Shown here: piece by piece, positions 47,485 through 57,719 of the stretch | Position numbering within the stretch: position 1 is the stretch's first letter | Layout: the number at the start of each line of letters is the position of its first letter | Source: an uncultured delta proteobacterium | Lineage (GTDB): Bacteria; Desulfobacterota; Binatia; Binatales; Binataceae | Direction: 5' to 3' | Assembly (NCBI GenBank): GCA_963724395.1 | Contig: CAVRUK010000006.1 | Coordinates: 2,445,731-2,509,730 of the forward strand | DNA length: 64,000 bases | The notes under the pieces: model-generated | Database searches by the model: none | Told to the model about the DNA's origin: nothing | Seen by the model: the letters and a program-made list of their open reading frames with translations, nothing else | Position numbers and translations under genes: made by a program

Positions 47485-48513
47485 TCATCCCGAGAGGCGC
47501 TGTTCGGAAGCGGCGCCACGCTGCCGGGCGGCCGTCGCGCGCCATTCCGACGCGCTGCATCCGAATTCGTCCCGGAACCATCGGGAGAACGCACTCAGGG
47601 CCGAGAAGCCCATCAGCTCGGCTATGACGTAGAGCGGACGGTCGGCCGATCCGACGTACTGTCTCACCATTTCGGCGCGCACCTGATTGAGCACGGCCGA
47701 GAAGGATGTGCCGTCTTGTTTGAGGTGCCTTTCGATCGTCCTGGGGCTGACTCCGAGTTGTTTGGCCATCGCTTCCAGCGAGTAAGTGCCCGATGGCACG
47801 CGAATCCAGAGCAGCTCTCGTACTCGATCACTCATGCTGAGCTCGCGATTTATCAGGAGCGCATCGAGATACTGGCGGACGTATCGCGCCATGAGCTGAT
47901 CCGAATGCTGAACCGGCTGTTCCAGATCTTCAGCGTTGCACACGATGCCGTTGAAGTCGCGTCCGAACGCGACGCGCGCACCGAAGATTCTCTTGTGAAC
48001 AGAGAGAGCGCGGGGCGCATGGTGAGTGAAACAGACCGTACGGGGTCTCCATGAATCGCCGAGGAAGGTGCGGAGCGCCCGGCCAAGGACGCCTACAGAC
48101 AACTCGACCGCCTGGCGCAGCGGCACCGGTCTCTCGGGCCTGAGCTCCGGTCTCACCGTGACGACGCCGTCCTCCTCGTCGATCCGAGGATTGAGCGCTT
48201 CGTTGTGCAATCGAATGTATTTGAAGAGCGCTTCGACCGCTTTCCTGGCGGTGGGCCCTTCTCGCACGATGAGAGCCAGCGGGCCCAGATTCGACAGCAG
48301 GCGGTGCTCCGCGAGCCGTAGTCCGAAACTCTCCTCGTTTGCCTGCTCCGCCGAGTCCTCCAGGAGTTGGCGGACCGCATCAGCCGGAATCTTCATGTCC
48401 GGATCGTTAAGGCAGGCACGAGGCAACCCTACCGCTTGCAGCAATGAATAGGGGTTGAGCTGCAGGGTGCGAGCCAGCTCGACGTAACCTGTTAGCGATG
48501 CTGCTCGAACCAA
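47485..48513 (-). CDS. AraC-family transcriptional regulator
   Basis: A..LGVSPRTIERHL, IAELMGFS..SAFSRWF. Confidence 0.92.
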   Translation of the reverse strand: MVRAASLTGYVELARTLQLNPYSLLQAVGLPRACLNDPDMKIPADAVRQLLEDSAEQANEESFGLRLAEHRLLSNLGPLALIVREGPTARKAVEALFKYIRLHNEALNPRIDEEDGVVTVRPELRPERPVPLRQAVELSVGVLGRALRTFLGDSWRPRTVCFTHHAPRALSVHKRIFGARVAFGRDFNGIVCNAEDLEQPVQHSDQLMARYVRQYLDALLINRELSMSDRVRELLWIRVPSGTYSLEAMAKQLGVSPRTIERHLKQDGTSFSAVLNQVRAEMVRQYVGSADRPLYVIAELMGFSALSAFSRWFRDEFGCSASEWRATAARQRGAASEQRLSG

Positions 48514-48532
48514 AAGCGGGGAAAAGCCGCGT

Positions 48533-48570
48533 TGTCTTGAGATGTTAAATCAATGTCGGTTTATGTCAAA
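48533..48570 (+). promoter_or_regulatory. Tandem direct repeat, candidate AraC operator
   Basis: TGTC-N6-TGTTAAA and TGTC-N6-TGTCAAA, 21 bp apart, in the divergent promoter region. Confidence 0.55.
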
Positions 48571-48655
48571 CGGGGCATTGGCGATTTCTGTATCGTTGGC
48601 CTCGTGATTCGACATGCTCCCAAATCCGTCGTCTCGATCGAATAGGAGAAACTCT

Positions 48656-49786
48656 ATGTATTTCATAAGCGACTCAATGCTTCCCGAAAATCAGCAGCCG
48701 TTGATCATCACAGTGGCGCCGTACGGGCCGCAATGGCTGCCGAGCGACTACCCGGAGGACATCCCGGTAACTTGGGAGCAACAGACTCAAAAGGCGGTCG
48801 ATTGCTACAACGCGGGCGCGACGGTGCTGCACTTCCATGTCCGGGATCCGAAGACCGGCCACGGCTCGAAAAATTTCAACGAGTTCAACGAGCAGATTGC
48901 GCGCCTGCGAAAGGCCGTACCGAAGATGATCATCCAGGTCGGAGGGTCCATCTCGTTCGCTCCGGCCGACGACGACTCAAAGGCGAAATGGCTGGGCTAC
49001 GACACGCGGCACATGCTGACGGAGCTTAATCCCAAACCGGATCAGGTCACGATCGTCGTAGGTACCGTGCAGATGAACATCCTCGACCTCACGACGCCGG
49101 ACGACGTCCAGGGGACGCAGCTCGCAAATCCGGCGATGCAGGCGGCGTATCAGAACATGGTCGCCGACGCCAACCCGGAATTCTATATCGAGCATCTGAA
49201 GCGCCTGCGCAAAAACGGGATCCAGCCGATGTTCGCGATGGCACATGTCCACACCCTCGAAGCTATCGAGCTTCTCATCCGCACTGGCGTGTACATGGGG
49301 CCGCTGAATCACACCATGACGGCCATCGGCGGGGCAGGTGGCTGCGGCCGCAATCCATACGACTTCATGGAGTGGGTCCGTCGCTCACCCCACGGCTCCG
49401 TCGCGACGTACGAGTCGCTGTGGCGGACGGTGCCACCGTACGCTGCCATGGCGGTCGCGCTCGGCATCCACATCCGGGTCGGTATCGAGGACAATATGTG
49501 GCGCCGCAAGGGTGAACGTATGACTTCGGTCCAACAGGTCGAACAGGCAGTACGAATCGCGAAGGAGCTGGGACGCAAGGTCGCAACCGCGGACGAAGCG
49601 CGCCAGATCCTGAAGATTGGCACCTGGTACAACAGCCCGGACGAAACGCTGGCCAATCTGGGCCTGCCGCCCAACCGCAAGGATGGCCAACTGGGCTTCA
49701 TCGTGAAGGAGACCGACGGACGACTGCATCCGCCGGTCAGTGGATCCGATGGACACCCGATCGCGGGGCAGTTCGCTGCCAAGTAG
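48656..49786 (+). CDS. BKACE (3-keto-5-aminohexanoate cleavage-like, DUF849) enzyme
   Basis: LIITVAP, AGATVLHFHVRD, IRVGIEDN; AGGAG RBS. Confidence 0.92.
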   Translation: MYFISDSMLPENQQPLIITVAPYGPQWLPSDYPEDIPVTWEQQTQKAVDCYNAGATVLHFHVRDPKTGHGSKNFNEFNEQIARLRKAVPKMIIQVGGSISFAPADDDSKAKWLGYDTRHMLTELNPKPDQVTIVVGTVQMNILDLTTPDDVQGTQLANPAMQAAYQNMVADANPEFYIEHLKRLRKNGIQPMFAMAHVHTLEAIELLIRTGVYMGPLNHTMTAIGGAGGCGRNPYDFMEWVRRSPHGSVATYESLWRTVPPYAAMAVALGIHIRVGIEDNMWRRKGERMTSVQQVEQAVRIAKELGRKVATADEARQILKIGTWYNSPDETLANLGLPPNRKDGQLGFIVKETDGRLHPPVSGSDGHPIAGQFAAK

Positions 49787-49858
49787 CACAGGTCCGCGAG
49801 CAACCAAGCCAGAGTCGCTGGATCGATGAAGACAACAACCCCCGAGAGGGAATGAGTA

Positions 49859-50164
49859 ATGGCGAATTTTGTTGATGCGGCGCGGGTTGATCAGATTCCA
49901 CCTGGAACGAGCAGAGTCGTCAGGATTGCGGACAAGGACGTGGCCTTCTTCAACGTGGACGGGAATATCTATGCCATCGCCGATTCATGCGCTCACGCTG
50001 GAGCATCACTGGGAGCAGGAAAACTGAACGGCACGATCGTGACGTGTCGTGCGCACGGCCTCCGATATGATGTGACGACCGGCCAGGTTACCACTGGCGG
50101 ATTTGGAGTTGCGTCCTACCCGGTGAAGATTGTGGACGAGAAAATTCTAATCGCAGTCGACTAG
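49859..50164 (+). CDS. Rieske [2Fe-2S] ferredoxin
   Basis: CAH...CRAH. Confidence 0.92.
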   Translation: MANFVDAARVDQIPPGTSRVVRIADKDVAFFNVDGNIYAIADSCAHAGASLGAGKLNGTIVTCRAHGLRYDVTTGQVTTGGFGVASYPVKIVDEKILIAVD

Positions 50165-50218
50165 AGACCGCGCTGGCGGACGGCGGAAGGCAGATTTTCG
50201 TGTCACGGAGGGCAAATC

Positions 50219-50989
50219 ATGACGACCACAAGCGACGACAAGAAAATGGATGCGACGGCCAATAGCTCCTGCGAAACCGGCCCATGGGATGAGGCGTTGG
50301 CAGCGCTGCGAGAATGGGATCCCGCGTGGGCGGACGCTTGCGCGAAGATGACCACCAATCCGTGGAACTCGGCCGTCTTGCCGCGCAAGACGGCCGAGTT
50401 GATTAGTCTCGCGATAAATGCGGCGTGCACCAATCTCAATCCTGACGGGACTCGCCGGCACATCCGCGCCGCGCTCGAGGCTGGCGCTACGCGCGACGAA
50501 ATTTTGTTCGTACTTAAGGCGGGCTCCGGTATGGCGATCCATTCGTGCAGCCTGGGTGCGCCCATACTTCTTGAGGAAGCCAAAACAGCGGGTGTTACGC
50601 CAACGAGAAAACCTCCCGGAGCTACGCCAGCGTGCGACGCAATGCGGGCTATTGGACAATGGAACACGGCATGGGATCCATTCTTCGAGCTTGATCCGGT
50701 GTGGACCGATCAGTTCTTTGCAACCGCAATCCCCATGTATAAGAGCGGCGCGCTCCCACCTAAGGAGATCGAGCTCCTCAGCATCGCCTGCGACGCATCT
50801 TTCACCCACATGTACGCGCCGGGGACGCGCCGCCACATCAAGGCTGCGCTCAAGCTCGGTGCTACGATGGAAGAGATCATGGAGGTGCTGAAGTTGTGCG
50901 TCGTGCAGGGCGTGCAGGCGTGCAATATGGGGGTACCGATCCTCGCGGAGGAGATCGCAAAGCTTTCAGCAACGCCTAAGGAGCGATAG
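50219..50989 (+). CDS. Tandem carboxymuconolactone-decarboxylase (CMD/AhpD-like) protein
   Basis: Internal duplication LP.K..EL..IA..A..T....GTRRHI.AAL..GAT.EEI. Confidence 0.88.
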   Translation: MTTTSDDKKMDATANSSCETGPWDEALAALREWDPAWADACAKMTTNPWNSAVLPRKTAELISLAINAACTNLNPDGTRRHIRAALEAGATRDEILFVLKAGSGMAIHSCSLGAPILLEEAKTAGVTPTRKPPGATPACDAMRAIGQWNTAWDPFFELDPVWTDQFFATAIPMYKSGALPPKEIELLSIACDASFTHMYAPGTRRHIKAALKLGATMEEIMEVLKLCVVQGVQACNMGVPILAEEIAKLSATPKER

Positions 50990-50998
50990 TTTCCGACG

Positions 50999-51560
50999 AT
51001 GAATCAAACGTTTCGGGGACGGCTTTCAAGCGTGTCCGCGTCCATCGAGGGCGGAGTGCTCGGTCTGATACGCGAGCTGGCGCCTGTGGTCCTCTTCTTC
51101 TTCATCGCGTTCCTGCTGATCTTCGTAATGTTTCAAGCTCTTCGTCTCGCAATACGAGATCGAGTTCTCCGCCTTCACCAAAGCGGCAATCGCGGCATTG
51201 ATTCTGGGCAAAGTGATTCCCTTGTTGGACTGGGCGGAATCAGGATACAGGTTCGATAGTCATCGCCGCATCGTAGTGGTCGCAGGCAAGACTTTTGTCT
51301 ATGCGCTGGTCGTGATCGTGCTGGGGATCGGCGAGAAGATCTTCGATGCCTATCGCAAGGCCGGAAGTCTTGAAGGGGCGGTCTCGCGACTGATTGCTAA
51401 CGCCAACGTGGACCGTTTCATGGGACTGGTGTTGCTCATCAGCCTTGTCGTTTTCGTGTACCTCGTGATGCAGGAGATCGAGCAAGCGATGGGCGAAGGC
51501 GCTTTGTTCCGGCTCTTCTTCAAACGTCCCACTCCGCAACGACTTCCCGAATCGCCCTAA
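50999..51560 (+). CDS. Hypothetical membrane protein (+1 indel near 51131-51133)
   Basis: ...LIFVMF continues as KLFVSQYEIEFSAFTKAAIAALILGKVI after removing one T. Confidence 0.65.
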
Positions 51561-51574
51561 ACCACCAGGCCTCG

Positions 51575-52819
51575 TTACGCCGTGGCTGGTAGCGGTGCCG
51601 CCGGCTGGCGGGCCTGCTCGGATTCGAAGGAGCGGCACGAATAGGTTACCGCCGCGCCGAGGATGCACATCACGACGAAGATTTCGAATGCGGGCACATA
51701 GCTGCCGCTGAGATCGTAAATCTTGCCCGCGCCGACCGGGCCGACGAACGCGCCGAGAGTGTTGAAGACGCCCGCGATTCCGCCGATCGAGCCGAAGCGC
51801 TTGAGCCCGAGCGACTCCGCCACCAGCATCGGAACCAGCACCAATGGTGCGCCGAGAGACAATCCGAAAATCAGCACGAACGGAATCAGCACGGCCGTGC
51901 GCGCCGCGCCGAAGATCAGGATCATGCCGACGCACGCGGCCAGAAAGTTGAACGTCAGCGCGATTCTGGCGCTCACGCGATCGGCAAACAGTCCCATCCC
52001 GAGCTTGCCGCAGGCGGCGAACACGTAGATCAGGCTCATCATGCCGGCCGCGAATGACGGCGTGTAGCCGAGTTCGGTGAGATAAGTGATCAGATGCAGC
52101 CCCGCGCCGGCCGCGATGGCGGCGAAGAAGAACTGCGCCGCCGCTATCATCCAGAACGAGCGGCAGCGGAACGCTTCGCGCAGCTCGAATCCGGGTAATG
52201 CGTCGCTGGCTTGCGCGACGCTCACGCCCTCGGCCTGCGGCGGGCGGGTCCTGACCACGAGGATTATCAGAGGGACGACGATCACGAACATCGGAATCGC
52301 GAGCGCGACGTAGCCCGCGCGCCATCCGCCGCGCGCGATCGCGAAGTTCCCGACCATCGTCATCGCGGCGCCGCCGAGGGAGGTGCCCGCGAACGCCAGG
52401 CCCATTGCCAGGCCGCGCCGCGCACCGAACCAGTTGGCGATCACGAGCGAGCACGGCAGAAGCGTCGATGCGCCGATGCCGACGCCCAGCAGTATGTACG
52501 CGCCGAACAGCGGACCGAACGAATCGACGCGGCTGGCGATGAGGAAAGAGACGCCGGTCATGATTGCGCCGGCAACCATCACGACCCGCGCCTCGACGCG
52601 ATCCAGCAGCCATCCGATCAGCGGCGCGCTAAGCCCGGCGGACAGCGGCAGCGCGGCGCCCTGGAGCGTCGAGAGCTGCGCGCGCTTCCATCCAAAGTGT
52701 TTCAGGAGATGCGGAAAGAACAGGCCGCCGGTGTTGTAGCCTGAGCCGAAGACGAACACCAGCGTAACGAAAAGACTCGCGACGATGATCCATCCCTGTC
52801 GTTCCCGCTGCGTCATCAA
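51575..52819 (-). CDS. MFS transporter
   Basis: About 12 TM; GWLLDRV, NWF..RRGLAMG, GLFADR. Confidence 0.92.
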   Translation of the reverse strand: MMTQRERQGWIIVASLFVTLVFVFGSGYNTGGLFFPHLLKHFGWKRAQLSTLQGAALPLSAGLSAPLIGWLLDRVEARVVMVAGAIMTGVSFLIASRVDSFGPLFGAYILLGVGIGASTLLPCSLVIANWFGARRGLAMGLAFAGTSLGGAAMTMVGNFAIARGGWRAGYVALAIPMFVIVVPLIILVVRTRPPQAEGVSVAQASDALPGFELREAFRCRSFWMIAAAQFFFAAIAAGAGLHLITYLTELGYTPSFAAGMMSLIYVFAACGKLGMGLFADRVSARIALTFNFLAACVGMILIFGAARTAVLIPFVLIFGLSLGAPLVLVPMLVAESLGLKRFGSIGGIAGVFNTLGAFVGPVGAGKIYDLSGSYVPAFEIFVVMCILGAAVTYSCRSFESEQARQPAAPLPATA

Positions 52820-52900
52820 GTGCTCCCTCGCAGAGAGACTTATAGCGACACGACGCCTGATCGTCGAGTGCGAAAACGCGGACGTTGCGCGCGGGGCGGA

Positions 52901-53575
52901 CTACTCGAGCGCGGTGATCGGGATGAAGCCTTCGAGGCCGCTCTTCATTCGGATTCTCATGTAGTTGAGCGCAATGCCGACGACATGAACATTGTGGCCC
53001 TGGTGAACCTCGGCGAGCTTCTTCGCCCATCGATTCGGTTTGTCGAGCACGCCAGCGTCGTGACTTAGCACGAAGACCTTGTCGGTGGGCTTCACGAGTT
53101 CGACCGCCGACGGATCGATGTAACCGGTCTGCCCGGACTTGAGCCTCACCTGCAGATAGTAGTGAGTGGAGCCGGTCACCTCGACGAATTTGTCGCGCGT
53201 CAGCTGCTCGATATGCTTGCTGCTCTTCGTGGGCGCGGAATAGACGGGCGCGTCTTCAAGCACCTTCAGCCGCGCCTGCGCTGGCTCAATTTCCGGCGCA
53301 TGGGCGCTGTTCCTGGTCGACACGCGATGCGCATGGGTCGTCGCAGGAGGGGCCGTCATCACGCCGGATTCGGCCGGCGCCGTTGGGCTCGTCGCCGAAG
53401 ATGGAGAATTGACGGGAGCAGCGCCGCTGGGCCCTTCCGCGGGGACGATCGAAGTCGAAGGAACGTCTTCATCGCCGATTCCCGCCGCGAAAGCCGGCGC
53501 CGACAATGCGAGCGTCGCCACGACTGCGGCCAGCAGCGCCGTCATGCGAGCTGAACGAAAATTGAGATGAACCAT
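52901..53575 (-). CDS. Exported protein with two bacterial SH3-like domains
   Basis: Signal peptide APAFA, P/S/T linker, VRLKSGQTGYI and IRMKSGLEGFI repeats. Confidence 0.75.
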   Translation of the reverse strand: MVHLNFRSARMTALLAAVVATLALSAPAFAAGIGDEDVPSTSIVPAEGPSGAAPVNSPSSATSPTAPAESGVMTAPPATTHAHRVSTRNSAHAPEIEPAQARLKVLEDAPVYSAPTKSSKHIEQLTRDKFVEVTGSTHYYLQVRLKSGQTGYIDPSAVELVKPTDKVFVLSHDAGVLDKPNRWAKKLAEVHQGHNVHVVGIALNYMRIRMKSGLEGFIPITALE

Positions 53576-53616
53576 CTTCCTCTTCCTCCGCTCCTCAACT
53601 GCGGACAAATTCCATT

Positions 53617-55374
53617 CTAGCAGGCTCCGCACACGGTGCATCGCTCGACGTCGCACGGCGGGCTCTGATGCTCGTGATGCGCCTTCTTTCGTTCGGCGAG
53701 CAGGAACCATTTGTGAATATGATGATCGATAAAGTCCCACGGCAGCAATTCGTCGTGGACGTAGTGGCGCGTGACGAAGAAATCAGGATCCGGCAACGAT
53801 GAAATTTCGCCGGCCTCGACTTCGCGATGAATCTTCGACAACTCGTGCCAGATAGGCCCGGCGCTTTCGCATCCCGCGGCCTCGAGCCGTTCGAGGATGC
53901 CGCTGACGCGGCGATCGCCTCGCGAGACCATGGTCTGAAAATACGCTTCGCGCGGAGACTCCGCGTCGAGCTCGACTTGTCCCAGCCGCGCGAGCCGTTG
54001 ACGCAGCATCGCGACCTTGCGCTTGATCGAGCGCGCGTCCTGCATCGGATCCCATTGAAACGGCGTCCACGGTTTGGGCACAAACGGGTTGAGCGACACG
54101 GTCACGGAGCCGATCCGGGTGCGGCGCGCGCGGGCGCTCTCGAGCACCTTGGCGACCAGGTCGGCAATCGCGAGCACGTCCTCGTCGCGCTCCTCGGGCA
54201 GGCCGATCATGAAATAAAACTTCAGGTTACCGACGCCCTCGCCCAGCATCATCTCGGCCGCGTGCAGAATTTCGGCCTCGGTAAGATTTTTGTTGATGAC
54301 CTTGCGCATCCGCTCGCTGCCCGCCTCCGGCGCAACGGTCACGCTCTGATTTCCGCCGCGCGCCAACGCCGACGCGAGCGCGGGTGAAATGCAATCGGCC
54401 TTCAGCGACGACGGCGACAGCCGCCCGCCACGATCGACAACTGCGGACGCGATGTCGGCGACGCCGGGCACACTCGCCATCTCGGCGCCGACCAGGCCGA
54501 TCACCTGGCGTTCGCGAAGACCGCGCTCGGCCTCGGCGATCAGCATTTCGGGCGCGCGGTAACGTATCGGGCGATACATGAAACCCGCCGCGCAGAAGCG
54601 GCATCCCCACTGGCATCCGCGGCTCGCCTCGACCAGGAACATGTCGCCGAACACGGATTCCTCAGTGAGTATCAGCGATGACGTGGCGAAGCGGTTGAGG
54701 TCGCGAAGCAGGCGTCGATTTACCTGCCCGCTGCCCGGTCCGCTGTATTTCACCGTCGCGAGGCGGCCGGCGTCGTCGTAAACGGGCGTGTAGAAGTCGG
54801 GTAGATAGGAGCCCTGCACCGATGCGAGCTCGCGCAGTTGATTCGGCGAGCCGCGCGTCTCGTCCCAGCGCTCGATGAACTCGGGGACCATCTCCTCGCC
54901 CTCGCCAATCAGAAACAGATCGATGAAATCGGCGATCGGTTCGGGATTGAGAAAAACGGCGGAGCCGCCGGCGATGACCAGCGGAAAATTGCGACCCGCG
55001 CGATCGGCTCGGCGAGCGGGAATCCCGGCCATCCGCAGCACGCTCAAGACGTTGAGATAGTCCGTCTCGAAGGAAATCGAAAACGCGAGAATGTCGAAGT
55101 CGGAGAGCGGACGGCCGCGCTCGAACGACACGAGGCGCTCGGCGCCGGTGCGGAACGCGTCGCGCTCGTCGTCATCGGGCAGGAACGCGCGATCTGCGGC
55201 GACCGACGGATCGGATTCGAAGATGTGGAACACGGCCTGGAAGCCGAGATTGGCCATCCCGAGCCGGTACGTATTGGGATAGATGACGCAGATCGAGATG
55301 TCGCCGCCGGGCTGGCGCGCGTAGAGCACTTTTTCGCGCGCGATACGCTCGAGCGCGCGCTTACGCGGGTACAT
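53617..55374 (-). CDS. B12-binding-domain radical SAM protein
   Basis: YPNTY.LGM.NLG, SRGCQWGCRFC, APEAGSERMR, FVPKP.TPFQW, C-terminal CxxxxCxxCxxC. Confidence 0.9.
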   Translation of the reverse strand: MYPRKRALERIAREKVLYARQPGGDISICVIYPNTYRLGMANLGFQAVFHIFESDPSVAADRAFLPDDDERDAFRTGAERLVSFERGRPLSDFDILAFSISFETDYLNVLSVLRMAGIPARRADRAGRNFPLVIAGGSAVFLNPEPIADFIDLFLIGEGEEMVPEFIERWDETRGSPNQLRELASVQGSYLPDFYTPVYDDAGRLATVKYSGPGSGQVNRRLLRDLNRFATSSLILTEESVFGDMFLVEASRGCQWGCRFCAAGFMYRPIRYRAPEMLIAEAERGLRERQVIGLVGAEMASVPGVADIASAVVDRGGRLSPSSLKADCISPALASALARGGNQSVTVAPEAGSERMRKVINKNLTEAEILHAAEMMLGEGVGNLKFYFMIGLPEERDEDVLAIADLVAKVLESARARRTRIGSVTVSLNPFVPKPWTPFQWDPMQDARSIKRKVAMLRQRLARLGQVELDAESPREAYFQTMVSRGDRRVSGILERLEAAGCESAGPIWHELSKIHREVEAGEISSLPDPDFFVTRHYVHDELLPWDFIDHHIHKWFLLAERKKAHHEHQSPPCDVERCTVCGAC

Positions 55375-55452
55375 TCGCCGTCTCCGACATAATCATACAG
55401 AGTATCGCCGGGTGGATGGCACGCTCAAGAGGAGCGTCGAAGCCCTTGGGAC

Positions 55453-56262
55453 TCAGCGCTTCCACGCCATGTAAGCGAAAAACTCGGGCGGCTCTCCCCG
55501 GAGAATGCCTGACGGCTCGACGGCCAGAATCGCGGCGCGCAGGTCGCGCTCGAAAGCGTCAACGCGATCGCCAAGGACACGCCGGCTGCAGAACGACATT
55601 GAGTAGAGGTTTCCGACTATCGAGTCGAGTGTCCATTCGACGTCGAAGGATTCCACATAGCTCGCGAGATCTCTGAAGCGCGAACGCGCGATGTACGCCT
55701 CGTGACGCTCTTCAGGCGGCGGACCGGGATACTCCCAGGACAGATGACGGTCGGGCAAATAGCGCTTCAGCACCGAGTTAATCGCTGCGCGCCATCGCGT
55801 CGGAGGCGGACGAGGAATCGGATCACCCTCGCCGACGACCGCTATACCGCCGCCGTCCGTCACAAGATCGTAGAGCGCGTCGAGTGTGCGCGCTCGGTCC
55901 ATCCAGTGGAAGGAGTTTCCCATCGTGACGAGACGGAACTGTCCGAGCTCGGGCGACAAATCCTTCGAGCCGCCGAATCGCCACTGTATGTTGCTGATAC
56001 CACGTTCGCGTGCGATGCGCTTGCCCTCGGCGCGCATAGCATCATCGGGATCCATCGCGACGACTTCGTCGAACAGATGTGCGAGCGCAATCGCGACGGG
56101 ACCGGGGCCGCAACCGAGATCGAGCAGCCTCCCGGTGCCGTCGAGTCTGAATTGCTCGAGCAGAATCCTGACGAGCGACGGCGGATACTTGGGACGATAC
56201 CGCGAGTAGTACCATGCGGTCCCCTCGTAAATCGTCAAATCGTACTTGTCGCTTTCACTCAC
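55453..56262 (-). CDS. Class I SAM-dependent methyltransferase
   Basis: YSRYRPKYP, LLDLGCGPG, SFHWMD. Confidence 0.88.
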   Translation of the reverse strand: MSESDKYDLTIYEGTAWYYSRYRPKYPPSLVRILLEQFRLDGTGRLLDLGCGPGPVAIALAHLFDEVVAMDPDDAMRAEGKRIARERGISNIQWRFGGSKDLSPELGQFRLVTMGNSFHWMDRARTLDALYDLVTDGGGIAVVGEGDPIPRPPPTRWRAAINSVLKRYLPDRHLSWEYPGPPPEERHEAYIARSRFRDLASYVESFDVEWTLDSIVGNLYSMSFCSRRVLGDRVDAFERDLRAAILAVEPSGILRGEPPEFFAYMAWKR

Positions 56263-56275
56263 GCGTGGGCATGCG

Positions 56276-57139
56276 TCATTGCGCGATTCTGTCGGGGCGC
56301 GTGTAGATGTTGAAACTGCCGTCGCGCAGGAAGCCGACCAGCGTCGTGCCGGTCTCCTCGGCCAGCTCGACCGCCAGCGACGACGGCGCCGAGACCGCAG
56401 CAAGAATCGGCACGCCGGCGGCCGCCGCTTTCTGCACAATCTCGAAGCTGAGGCGGCCGCTCACCATCATTATGTGTCGCGCCAACGGGACCATCGCATT
56501 CGTCAGCGCGTACCCAATCACTTTGTCCACCGCGTTATGACGCCCGACATCCTCGCGTATCGCGAGCATCGTACCGTCGAGTCCGAAGATCGCGGCGCCG
56601 TGGAGTCCGCCCGTCGCGGCGAACACGCGCTGGCCCGCGCGGAGCTTCTCCGACAGCGCGAGCAGTATCGCGGGCGTGACGCGTGCGGAATCCCAGGCGG
56701 GCGCGACGCGGCGTCGAATCGAGTCGATGCTGGTTTTGCCGCATACGCCGCAGCTCGAGCTCATCACGAAGTTGCGTTTGAGGCGGGTGCGCAGTCCGTC
56801 GGCGGGCACGTTCAGGATGATGTCGATGGTGTTGGGCTCGGGCGCGCCCTTGCTTCCGCGCACGCGCCGAATCTCGCCGAGTTCGGTTGCGTCATTTATG
56901 AAGCCCTCGGCGAAGAGAAAGCCGGCTGCGAGCTCCTCGTCATGGCCAGGCGTGCGCATCGTGAGCGTGAAGCGGCGGCCGGCGAGTCGAATTTCCAGCG
57001 GCTCTTCGACCGCGAGCTTTTCGGTGCGCGCGGAAGTCTGCCCAATGTGCCATCTGATCGCGCGATGCTCGCGAATCTCGCCGCGAGCGGCATCGCTTGC
57101 GTCGTCATTTCCGGAATTCCTCGCGTCCATCTCGGTCAC
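56276..57139 (-). CDS. fdhD: Formate dehydrogenase accessory sulfurtransferase
   Basis: EEPLEIR, MRTPG.D..L..GFL..EG, SSCGVCG, TGGLH, EDVGRHNAVDK. Confidence 0.95.
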   Translation of the reverse strand: MTEMDARNSGNDDASDAARGEIREHRAIRWHIGQTSARTEKLAVEEPLEIRLAGRRFTLTMRTPGHDEELAAGFLFAEGFINDATELGEIRRVRGSKGAPEPNTIDIILNVPADGLRTRLKRNFVMSSSCGVCGKTSIDSIRRRVAPAWDSARVTPAILLALSEKLRAGQRVFAATGGLHGAAIFGLDGTMLAIREDVGRHNAVDKVIGYALTNAMVPLARHIMMVSGRLSFEIVQKAAAAGVPILAAVSAPSSLAVELAEETGTTLVGFLRDGSFNIYTRPDRIAQ

Positions 57140-57233
57140 ATTGAAACGCTATACCACGGTTGATGCTGGCGATCTTGATCCCCGCGGTTGCATATTGCAA
57201 CCTGACAGTTGCGTCGCGAGTCGGAGGTCCAGC

Positions 57234-57719
57234 ATGATCCGCAAATTCAAATTTGAAGACGAAATGCACGAAAGTCTGCAATGCGTCCCGATGGCGGTGC
57301 GGCGCAAGATGGATCGCGTCGGCCTGAAAATCGGACTCGAGCAATGGAAGTCGCTCGACCGCGGCGAGCGCCTCGCTATCTGCCATTTCCCCGTCGATTC
57401 CGCCGAGGAATGCGACGGGCTCGGCGTGTTTATCCGCGAGGCGATGAGGCGCCGATTCGGCGTCGAGCCGAAGAGTCTGACCGACGCGCAAAGAGCCTCG
57501 GCGGAGCCGCCCGCGTCGCCGCCGGCTCGAGTTGTGGGGCATGCGCGCGCGGCCGGCTTCGATCTGAGTGCGGCAGTCTGGTCGCGCCTGGACGGCGACG
57601 AACGATTCGCGCTGCTCAAGATGGGCGACGTCGAGACGCCGAGCCACAATCTCCTCGCCGCGCTGAAAGAGTTCGCAGTGCCTACAATTGCGCCGGCCGG
57701 TCAGCCGCGCGCGAAGTGA
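57234..57719 (+). CDS. Nitrate-reductase-associated (NarM-like) protein
   Basis: F.FE....SL.C.PM.VR.K.D..G.K..L..W and W..L...ERFAL.K...SHN. Confidence 0.7.
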   Translation: MIRKFKFEDEMHESLQCVPMAVRRKMDRVGLKIGLEQWKSLDRGERLAICHFPVDSAEECDGLGVFIREAMRRRFGVEPKSLTDAQRASAEPPASPPARVVGHARAAGFDLSAAVWSRLDGDERFALLKMGDVETPSHNLLAALKEFAVPTIAPAGQPRAK

